Below, in pieces: positions 19,914 to 28,600 of a DNA stretch of 64,000 nucleotides. Position numbers and translations under genes: made by a program. The notes below the pieces were generated by a model. That model saw only the letters and a list, made by a program, of their open reading frames with translations. It was not told the DNA's origin and did not search any database. Numbering within the stretch: the first letter of the stretch is position 1; each line of letters starts with the position of its first letter. The stretch comes from an uncultured Pirellulales bacterium (GTDB lineage: Bacteria > Planctomycetota > Phycisphaerae > Sedimentisphaerales > Anaerohalosphaeraceae), in contig CAZICJ010000004.1 of the NCBI GenBank assembly GCA_964537635.1, forward strand, positions 11,797 through 75,796, read 5' to 3'.

Positions 19914-21953
19914 ATGAAACTGGGTATGTTTGTAAAATTCATCATCGTATCATTTGTAGTTGCCTGCGGAGTGTTGATTTGGGACAGCGGTTTGTTTGAC
20001 GCCAATAATTCCAAAGCCCCGCTGATTCCGTTGGCGGCTTCCGCGCAGCAGGCGGAGCCGACGGAAAACAGCGCCGCTCAGCCCGCCGCTGAATCGGAAA
20101 TGCAGGCCGCCGCCGAACCGCTGATGGTCGCGGCAGTCAGCGCCTCGTCGCAAACCGTCGTTCTGGGCGAAGTATATCCTGACATCAATCGCACGGATGA
20201 TATCACAAAATTCAAATTCAAGGTCGAATTGACCACGCAGGGAGCGGCGATTTCTTCGGCGCAGTTGAGTGAGTTTTCCGACCGCGACCCTAAGTCGCCC
20301 AAACCACTGCGGATTATCAATCCGGTCATCTCCGGCAAGCCGGTGTATTCCTGTGCCGCCGAGGCACTCTATCTGGCGCCCAAGGGACAGCCGTTTGCCG
20401 AGCTGGCCTTTCCTCTCGACAAACTGCAATGGGAAGTGCTGCCCGGCAGGAATGCCAATCAGGCGATCTTTGCCGCTCAACTGGGTAAGGTCGAGGATGG
20501 CAAACTAATTGAGCCGATGATTCGCATTACCCGCACCTACACGGTGCAGCCTGGCAGCTATGACCTTGACTGTCAAATCGCGGTGGAAAATTTAACCGAC
20601 AATCAACTGCAAGCCCAACTACGGTTCGGCGGAGCGGTGGGCATCGCTCAGGAAGGCATGGTCGTCAGGGGCAAAACCGTCTCGCAGGATATTCCCAAAC
20701 TCATTGCGGCGTTTATGCTGGAAAATCAATCCGTCGAGACGCGCCTTCAGGATGCAGGCAAAATTTATAAAAATATCCAAAAGGGCAAACCGCTGACGCT
20801 GATGCACGACAAGGCGACAGCTTCCTTTATCTGGGCGGCAATTACCAATAAATACTTTGCCGCTATCCTGCGTCCGGTACCCGCCGGCGACGATACGCCC
20901 GCATGGGCATCACTGGAATCCACACGCTATTTCGGCACGGATGAAACCAAAAAGGGCTTTTGTTCCTTTGCGATGCGAAGCCAGACGATTGAACTGGACG
21001 CCAAAGGTTCACCGCTTGCCGCCAAAACCTTTGCAATGCAGCTTTATCTGGGACCCAAAGACAAACGCACATTTGAAGACAATCCAACCTATAACCGTCT
21101 GGCATATTTTCAGACAATTGATATGCAGTCCTGCTGCTGTCCGGCCGGGGTCATCAGTCCGATGGCGTTCGGCATCGTCTGGCTGATGAATACGATGTAC
21201 AACCTGATGGGTCCGCTGGGCAACTACGGCATCGTCATTATGATTCTGGTTTGCGTGGTGCGGCTGCTGCTGCACCCGCTGACCAAGAGCAGTCAGGTGC
21301 AGATGATGCGGATGCAGAAACTCGGACCGCGTATCCAGGAAGTCCAGCGCAAGTATGCCGACAACAAAGCGGAAATGCAGAAACAGACGATGGCAATCTA
21401 TCGCGAACAGGGCATTACGCCGGTGATGAGTATGCTGCCGATGTTTTTGCAGATGCCCATCTGGATTGCCCTGTGGACGGCTGTCAGCGTCAGCATTGAC
21501 CTTCGCGGACAGGGTTTTATGCCGTTCTGGATTACCGACCTGTCGGCGCCGGACGCCCTGTTTCGGTTTGGGCCCGTGGCGATTCCGCTGCTGGGGGATA
21601 TCGGCTCACTGAACCTGCTGCCGCTGCTGATGGGCGTTGTGATGTACCTGCAAATGAAGTTGACGCCCACCTCGCAGCCTTCGGCGACGGCCAGCCCGGA
21701 AATGGCACAGCAGCAGAAGATGATGGCGATTATGTTTCCGGTGCTGTTTCCGATTATGCTGTATAACGGCCCATCCGGCGTGAATCTCTATATTATGTCC
21801 AGTATGGCCGCCGGCGTTGTCGAGCAGTGGGTCATCCGCAAGCATCTCAAAGAAAAGCAGGAACAGGAAGAAGCCGGCACGATTCCGACGACCGCCAAGC
21901 TGGGCAAAGTCAAAAAGAAAAAACCAAAACCCATGTTCAAGTGGGACCGCTAA
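19914..21953 (+). CDS. yidC: Membrane protein insertase YidC
   Basis: Large periplasmic domain, GNYGIVIMILVCVVRLLLHPL, MQKLGPRIQEVQRKY, LPMFLQMPIW, WITDLSAPD, PSGVNLY. Confidence 0.95.
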   Translation: MKLGMFVKFIIVSFVVACGVLIWDSGLFDANNSKAPLIPLAASAQQAEPTENSAAQPAAESEMQAAAEPLMVAAVSASSQTVVLGEVYPDINRTDDITKFKFKVELTTQGAAISSAQLSEFSDRDPKSPKPLRIINPVISGKPVYSCAAEALYLAPKGQPFAELAFPLDKLQWEVLPGRNANQAIFAAQLGKVEDGKLIEPMIRITRTYTVQPGSYDLDCQIAVENLTDNQLQAQLRFGGAVGIAQEGMVVRGKTVSQDIPKLIAAFMLENQSVETRLQDAGKIYKNIQKGKPLTLMHDKATASFIWAAITNKYFAAILRPVPAGDDTPAWASLESTRYFGTDETKKGFCSFAMRSQTIELDAKGSPLAAKTFAMQLYLGPKDKRTFEDNPTYNRLAYFQTIDMQSCCCPAGVISPMAFGIVWLMNTMYNLMGPLGNYGIVIMILVCVVRLLLHPLTKSSQVQMMRMQKLGPRIQEVQRKYADNKAEMQKQTMAIYREQGITPVMSMLPMFLQMPIWIALWTAVSVSIDLRGQGFMPFWITDLSAPDALFRFGPVAIPLLGDIGSLNLLPLLMGVVMYLQMKLTPTSQPSATASPEMAQQQKMMAIMFPVLFPIMLYNGPSGVNLYIMSSMAAGVVEQWVIRKHLKEKQEQEEAGTIPTTAKLGKVKKKKPKPMFKWDR

Positions 21954-21984
21954 ATACATCAGTCCGGAATCGGGTGTCTATACG

Positions 21985-22668
21985 ATGACCGCTTTTGTAA
22001 TCACAATCGATGGGCCTGCCGGCGTCGGCAAAAGTACGATTGCCCGGCTTCTGGCAAACCGCTTGGATGCGGTGTTTCTCGACACCGGCGCGATGTACCG
22101 CGCGGTTACACTGGCCGCCGTGCGGCGGAAGATTGACCCTGCCGATACTGCGGCGGTGCTGGCGATGATGCGGCAGCGCCGGTTTGAATTTCACGCTCAG
22201 GCAGATGCAATGCGTGTGTTCATCGACGGCCAGGACTGCACAGCCGACATCCGCGACCCCGATATCACCGCCCGAGTCAAACCAATTGCCGCTGCGGCGC
22301 TGCTGCGCGAGCAGTTGGTGCAGATGCAGCGGGCATTTGCCGCACAATACCCCCGCATTGTTACAGAAGGACGCGACCAGGGAACGGTCGTTTTTCCGGA
22401 TGCGGCGGTCAAACTCTTTTTGGTTGCCGACCCTGCCGAACGGGCGCGCCGCCGGCACAGCGATCTGGTCGCTGCCGGCAAAGATAGCACGCTGGAGCAG
22501 GTTTTATGCGACCAGCAGAGCCGCGATGAATCCGATTGCAGCCGCACCGTCGGTCCGCTGAAACCCGCGCCCGATTGTTTGATTGTCGATACAACCTCTA
22601 TCACCGTTCAACAGGTTATTGAGACCCTCGAAGCCTATGTCCGAACAAAAATCCACTCTGCGAACTGA
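21985..22668 (+). CDS. cmk: Cytidylate kinase
   Basis: ITIDGPAGVGKST, LDTGAMYRA, VTEGRDQGTVVFPDA. Confidence 0.95.
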   Translation: MTAFVITIDGPAGVGKSTIARLLANRLDAVFLDTGAMYRAVTLAAVRRKIDPADTAAVLAMMRQRRFEFHAQADAMRVFIDGQDCTADIRDPDITARVKPIAAAALLREQLVQMQRAFAAQYPRIVTEGRDQGTVVFPDAAVKLFLVADPAERARRRHSDLVAAGKDSTLEQVLCDQQSRDESDCSRTVGPLKPAPDCLIVDTTSITVQQVIETLEAYVRTKIHSAN

Positions 22669-23350
22669 ACTGCACGACAGCATCCCAAAATGGCTGTGGT
22701 ATTTATTCTGCCGAACCCTATCGGTCGGCGTCGTATCGCTGCTGTACCGCGTCAAGGTCTATAATCGCAGTGCCGTTCCCAAACAAGGCCCCGTGCTGGT
22801 TGTCAGCAACCACCAGAGTTTCTTTGACCCGATGTTCAGTCAGAACTGGGTCTGGCGGCCGTTTTATTTCGTCCCGCGCGATACCCTGCTGGATGTTCGT
22901 TTCTGGGGGCGGATTATCCGCACATTTTATGTCATCTCCATTCGGCGCGGACAGCCCGACATCGCCGCAATGAAAACCATTATCGAAGTCCTCAAACAAA
23001 ACAAGGCGGTTTGTCTTTACCCCGAAGGCACTCGTACCGCCGACGGCAGAATCGGCGTCATCAAGCCCGGCTTTGGACTTATCAGCCGGCGTACCGGAGC
23101 GACTATTGTGCCGGTCGTCATCGACGGCATCTTTGAGGCCTGGCCGCGAACCCAAAAATACCCCAAACTCTTCGGCAAGGTCGGCGTGATGTATGGCGAT
23201 CCCATCTCGACCGAACATATCAAGATGCTTTCGGATGAGCAGTTTGCCGCCGAATTGACACGGATTATGCGCGATATCCAGGCAGACCTGCGCGGCCAGC
23301 TCAACAAGAAACCCTATATTTACGACAAAATCCCCCCGATATTTTTGTAA
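22637..23350 (+). CDS. plsC: 1-acyl-sn-glycerol-3-phosphate acyltransferase (PlsC family)
   Basis: SNHQSFFDP, YPEGTR, IVPVVIDG. Confidence 0.88.
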   Translation: MSEQKSTLRTELHDSIPKWLWYLFCRTLSVGVVSLLYRVKVYNRSAVPKQGPVLVVSNHQSFFDPMFSQNWVWRPFYFVPRDTLLDVRFWGRIIRTFYVISIRRGQPDIAAMKTIIEVLKQNKAVCLYPEGTRTADGRIGVIKPGFGLISRRTGATIVPVVIDGIFEAWPRTQKYPKLFGKVGVMYGDPISTEHIKMLSDEQFAAELTRIMRDIQADLRGQLNKKPYIYDKIPPIFL

Positions 23351-23550
23351 GTGTTTTGATGGCAAAATGTTCAGGAGACGAAAAACATCGCCAAGCCCGG
23401 TTACGACATAGGTGTTGTACCGATAGCCTGTTGATTTTATCCATAATACAAGATATTTTTGGGCCTGTATTGTATAATTCTGTAAATTTCTTTTTAATCT
23501 TTCGCACTTTTTGAAACATAGAAAAAAGGTTATTGGACCTGAAAATGTGG

Positions 23551-23600
23551 AATTGGGTTCGTTTTGCATTTTTGCATCCTTCTAAAATGGGTTCGTTTTG
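23551..23600. repeat. Dispersed TGGGTTCGTTTTG repeat (two local copies)
   Basis: aattgggttcgttttgcattttt (23551-23573) is identical to 50410-50432; second partial copy at 23588-23600. Confidence 0.7.
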
Positions 23601-23747
23601 TAAAAACAGTTCGTTGTTCATAGAAAGATAGAAACTATGAAAGCCAGGCCTCCCATTGGTTGGTCTTAGCGGATACAATGTTCCGCAATACGAGCTGGCC
23701 ACAGGGGTCGCTCAAATAGATTTGAACCTTTAACAAGGAGACCTGAC

Positions 23748-24803
23748 ATGAAGATTGTAGCAATGGATTTAGGAAAAAACAAGACCGTGGTTTGCTATTA
23801 TGACAGTGCCGATGGCGCTCATCGGTTCCTGACCGTCCTGACACAGCCCCAGGCCATTCACGATGCGCTCGTTGCCGAGCCGGCCGATCGCGTTGTGATG
23901 GAAATTGGTTCTGCCGCCGGCTGGATATATGACATGGCAAAAGCCCTCCAGATTACGACCCAGGTGGCCAACACCAATCATGAGGCGTGGCGGTGGAAGA
24001 ATGTGAAGAAAAAAGGGGATCGTGATGATGCGTTGCGGCTGGCCAGACTCAGTGCCTCCGACCAGTTGCCGCAGGTGCACATGCCCAAGCTGGAAATACG
24101 GCAAAAGCGAACCACCATCGCCTATCGTCATAGTCTTGTCGAACGCCGCACGGCAATCAAGAACAATATTCGTGCAATCCTGGATCGTCAGGGTCTGGCA
24201 ATGGCCGCCGGCCATAGCGGATGGACACAGGCAAGTATGGGCTATTTACGGTCGCTGGCCCGTCCGTTGGACCAATGCGAAGTCTCGGATTTATGGCGTG
24301 GGCTGTTATCGGTTGAATTGCAGCAGTATAATGCTATCGAGGCGGCCATCGACACGGTCCAGGCCAAGCTGGATGCGTTGGGCCAGGCAGATGAAAAAGT
24401 ACAGTTGTTACAGACGATTCCGGGTGTGGGTCCGCGTCTGGCCGAGGCGGTAGTGGCTTATCTTGATGACCCTAAACGATTTAAGAACGGCAAACAGGTC
24501 GGCAGTTATATCGGGCTTACGCCTCGCCAGTTCCAAAGCGGCTCGATGAATCGCTCCGGCGGCATCAGCGGGATGGGCAATGCGCTGGTACGAACCTTAC
24601 TGGTGGAGGTCAGTTGGCTGGGGCTTCGCCATAACCCGTGGATGCGTGCGATTTATGAACAGGTTATGCGAGGCACAAAAAGCCGCAAAAAGATAGCGAT
24701 TGTGGCGGTGGCAAGGAGGCTGCTTGTGGTCTGCTGGGCAATGCTGCGAGACAACCGGAAATGGAAAATGCCTGCCAGCGGCAACACAAAGGCTGCGGCC
24801 TGA
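23748..24803 (+). CDS. IS110-family transposase/recombinase (RuvC-like DEDD + Tnp20 domain)
   Basis: AMDLGK, VMEIG, KGDRDDA; TIPGVG, YIGLTPRQFQSG, AIVAVARRLL; RBS AAGGAG. Confidence 0.95.
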   Translation: MKIVAMDLGKNKTVVCYYDSADGAHRFLTVLTQPQAIHDALVAEPADRVVMEIGSAAGWIYDMAKALQITTQVANTNHEAWRWKNVKKKGDRDDALRLARLSASDQLPQVHMPKLEIRQKRTTIAYRHSLVERRTAIKNNIRAILDRQGLAMAAGHSGWTQASMGYLRSLARPLDQCEVSDLWRGLLSVELQQYNAIEAAIDTVQAKLDALGQADEKVQLLQTIPGVGPRLAEAVVAYLDDPKRFKNGKQVGSYIGLTPRQFQSGSMNRSGGISGMGNALVRTLLVEVSWLGLRHNPWMRAIYEQVMRGTKSRKKIAIVAVARRLLVVCWAMLRDNRKWKMPASGNTKAAA

Positions 24804-25118
24804 GAACCCGATGAGGGAGAGCGGTTCAGCAAGAATTTTCTCCCCTCAGGAGAAGAAGAAATAACTGGGCGCGACCGCCCGACTGTATTGTAATGTGGTG
24901 AATTGCGTGTGTGGAGTGTAAGGTAAAAAAGTGAAGTGCTGAAATTTGTGGATTGGCAAGACGGTATTCGGTAAATCCTATGGGCATAAAAGCTCGAGAG
25001 ATAGAATGGATGCCGTTGCAGCAGTTTGAGTGGAACTCGACGATACGATGCCCAATAGGGCCGGTCGAGAAAATCCGGATAGAAGGCTGAACCAATCACA
25101 CAAATTTTTCACTTGACG
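24804..25118 (+). ncRNA. Candidate bridge/seek RNA of the IS1111-type element
   Basis: Non-coding and structured (ggttcagc 24823/gctgaacc 25086; gggcat/atgccc; ggatt/aatcc); contains matches to the junction sequences; exact boundaries unknown. Confidence 0.55.
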
Positions 25119-25348
25119 GGCCTGGCTTCATAGAAGGATTTTAGACAGGATTAACGGGATTTACAGCATCAGGTACTTATGCAATTGTGAAAGAACAGCG
25201 GCTGGCGATTAAGGGCTTGCCAGCGTATGGAATGGGGTTCCACAATAATCAGTATTATATCATAAGAGGGTGGAAAAAGCAAGGTTGAATTGTTGACATA
25301 ATTGTATTTTTCAGGACAGGTTTTATCTTTTAATTTGCAATTATTTTA

Positions 25349-25377
25349 TTGACATATAATGGGCAATATTGTAGTAT
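25349..25377 (+). promoter_or_regulatory. Near-consensus sigma70 promoter for the large secreted protein/PEP-CTERM operon
   Basis: TTGACA-17 bp-TAGTAT with AT-rich upstream element. Confidence 0.75.
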
Positions 25378-25424
25378 AGATTACTGAAAATTAAATATTG
25401 ATAGTCCACTGGACTTGAAGCGTT

Positions 25425-25560
25425 TCAATCAAAACCGGCAAATTTTGTACAAGCGAACGCACAAGGCAGTTGCCCCGTCTGGGGCATTGCTTGCGTGTCG
25501 CTTGTAGGCCTTGCCGGGCCTTGATTGGACACAACAGAGCGATGCTCCTTTTTTGTGTAT
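25425..25560 (+). other. Long nested hairpin(s) in the 5' leader (putative cis-regulatory RNA or sRNA)
   Basis: Nested pairs caatcaa/ttgattg, ccggcaa/ttgccgg, tacaagcga/tcgcttgta, acgca/tgcgt, gcccc/ggggc; then acaca..gagc/gctc..tgtgt. Confidence 0.55.
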
Positions 25561-25634
25561 CTTGCGGAATGTCCCGACGGGCGAGAAAGGAGGTCAAATA
25601 AGAGTAGAGGGTTTTTATTTGAAAGGAAGCAGGT

Positions 25635-28600
25635 ATGGATTGGAGAAGACAAGCGGCGGGTGTTTTTTTATTTTTGGCAGGATTGGCATATTCGGCAACA
25701 TTGCCAACCAGTATCAAAGTGTTAATTGGAGACACGCAGGCACAAGGGGCAAAAACAGCTTTTTGGGGACGTTTGGATGCGGCGGGCTACTCTGATGATG
25801 GATTTTATTATGGTCCTTCGCCGAGCCATCCTGTCAGCGGGTATCATGAGTTATTATCCGGCGAATGGGGTGCAGCGGTCTATTATGACGGCATCCACAC
25901 GACGTGGATAGATCCGGTAAATCCGAACAAGGGCAAAAAAGCGATGTGGCTGACGAATCTATTTGAGTATCCCAATTGGTACACAAACAGTGATTTTGTG
26001 GTCAGCAGCGACCCAGCCAAACAGCCCCGTTCATGGGCGGACCCGAATGGCAATCCTGCACCTCAGAATGATACCGCGATTTCGTACATCGACAATGGGA
26101 CTATGGAAGTGCGGATTGATTATGAAGTGGTTGACCTGGAATTTCGAGATCCGAATTATTATCTGTGCCGTTCGCCGATGGTCTTCTTAGATAAAGAACG
26201 TCGCTGTTCCGGCGTTTTGCCTTCAGACCGGTATATTCTGCTGCAAACCTATACCTTGCGCAATATTACCGCAGAGCCTTTGACAGATGTAGAGTTTTAT
26301 CAATTTCTGCACAGTCATGGCGCGGATGAATACGGCCCGGCGGTCAATTCCACCTATACCGAACTGGCGCTGGATGACCCGTTAGCTTATTATACGCCTT
26401 ATAATCCTATTCACGAAACGGGTAATTTTCGATATGATATTACCCAATGGAATACCTACCCTCACTCGAACTCCTATCATTCAACTCATCGGGATTTTGT
26501 CGGATTCAGTTGCGCCCAAAAGCCGGACTGGATTGATACGGATGTGTATGAGGGCGGGCATTCGTATGATGAATACAAGCCGCCGCGCGGCAGTCATATC
26601 CATGTGGAATCGAGGAAGCTTAACGGCGTCAAATATATCTATGACAGTGAAGTCGGCGGGGCGATGGGGTGGAACATAGGGACACTTGACCCCAATGAAA
26701 CGGAGTCTGTAACCGTGGCTTTTATGTTTGGTTATGGAGAACCGACCTATCATACAGGTTTAAGCCTGACTAAAACGGTTGACCCCAATTATTCGCAGGT
26801 GGATTTGAATTATGAAATGGCCTACACGCTGACCTATACCAACGACAGCAGCAGCGCATTGACTAATTGCATCTTGACGGATACGCTGCCGGCGGGGGTG
26901 GACTTTGTGGAGGAAATCATCCCTCAGGCCAGTCCGCAGCCTGGGATTGCGTTGGGGATAGCGGATGTCAACGACCTTGACGAAATAACGCTGAATGTCG
27001 GGCAGAGTGTTCGGCTGTATGTGGATAAAGAGACGCTGACGGAAGATATTTACGCTTTCAGCATCGAGGCGAATATGGCCGACCCGAATTTGGGCAGCAT
27101 TGACAATGCGGAATACGACCCGAACAACCCAACTTCGGCACAGATTTTAGCCTCACCACGAACGGATTCTTTTGATTATTTTGGGCCTGGACAAACGCAG
27201 GCGGAAGGGATTATTCTGTCGGGGGCCAGTCTGGGCAATGTGATGAATGATGGCAACCTTGCCAGTTTTGTCTATACGGCGACGCAGGCCGGACATGCGC
27301 ACTTGACCTTGGTTAATTACGATGAAGCATTGACAGCACAATTGAGTGAGATGGTGATTCATCAGATTGACCCCAACGACCCGAACAGTTTACCTGCAGA
27401 ACCCAATGAGCCTGTGCAGCCGGCGCCGCCGGACTGTCCGAGGCCGAGCAATTTGGCCGCGGGTGTGTATGATGAAGCGTTGCATACGATTACATGGGAT
27501 ATTGGGACGATTGCGGCCAATTCCTGCGGGAGCGTGAGTTTTCGCGTAAAGGTCAATGAGAAATCTGAGCCGGGCGGGACACTGCATAACGAGGCGGTCT
27601 TGTCCTGCGACAGCGGGCTTGCGTTGGCGACATTGGATACATCGGTAGCATGTCGGGATGGCATTATCTATGTGGACAGATCTGCAGATGGTGCTGGCTC
27701 TGGGACAAGCTGGGCGAATGCCTATACGGATTTGCAAAAGGCGCTGACGCGGGCGGCCGGCGGCTGCGGAGAGGAAATCTGGGCGGCGCGGGGCTTGTAT
27801 TCTCCGGGCATGCAGGTGACGGATAGTTTTGTGCTGCCGGCGGGTGTGTCGGTTTACGGCGGATTTGTGGGGTGGGAGACCTCGCTCGAGCAGCGGGAGA
27901 TTGCGGCCAATCCGACGATATTGTCAGGACTGATTAGTCAAGACGATGAGGGCTATACAACTCGTAATATCACGGTTGTTATGATGGGTAACCATTCGCT
28001 GCTGGATGGAGTAACGGTAAAAGAATCTGGTGGAACTCTGGCCTCACCGGGACGCGGCATTTATGGTCAAAATGTTGATTTTATGGTTTCCAATTGTATC
28101 ATTAAAGACAATTTGCAGTATGGGATTCGTGCTGACAATGGCAATGTTTCTGCAAAGTGGTGTACGATTTCCGACAATGGTTATGACGGCATTTATTATT
28201 TTGGCAATAACAGCAAGGCGCTATCCATTGAAAATTGCCGAATTTTTGGCAACGGACAACATGGCATCAACACAAGAAATGCCTCGACAAGTATTCTCAA
28301 TAGTATCCTTTCTTCCAATGGTTCGGATAACAGCGGAACTTACTACGGCGTTTATGTATTTTATCCATCCGCTTCGCCGGTTCTGAAGAATTGTTCAGTG
28401 GTGGACAACATACATGAGGGGTGTTATTTTGTGGGCCTTGGGACGCGGTATCCCTCGATTCGCAACTGCATCCTGTGGGGCAACAAAGACAATGGTCAGC
28501 AGTTGGAAGGGTATCGGACAGCATATTATAGCTGCATCTATGACCCCAACTACCCTAACCAGACTACGCCGGACGGAACGTACCATAACATTAGCTGCAA

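Larger units (their letters stand above)
23628..25135 (+). mobile_element. IS110-family insertion sequence, IS1111-type (sub-terminal IRs, long downstream non-coding end)
   Basis: IR-L tatgaaagccaggcc (23636-23650) and IR-R ggcctggcttcata (25119-25132); ATAGAA at both junctions; single transposase; ~310-nt 3' non-coding region. Confidence 0.85.

Noticed and set aside
22718-23569. 283-aa ORF starting MQNEPN
   Set aside because: Starts inside the dispersed repeat and is antisense to plsC
25425-25560. Calling the leader a c-di-GMP-I riboswitch, 6S RNA or SRP RNA
   Set aside because: GGCAAA and ACGCA are present but the GAAA tetraloop/receptor architecture is not; there is no SRP GGAA loop motif, and no 6S-type central bubble could be verified by eye
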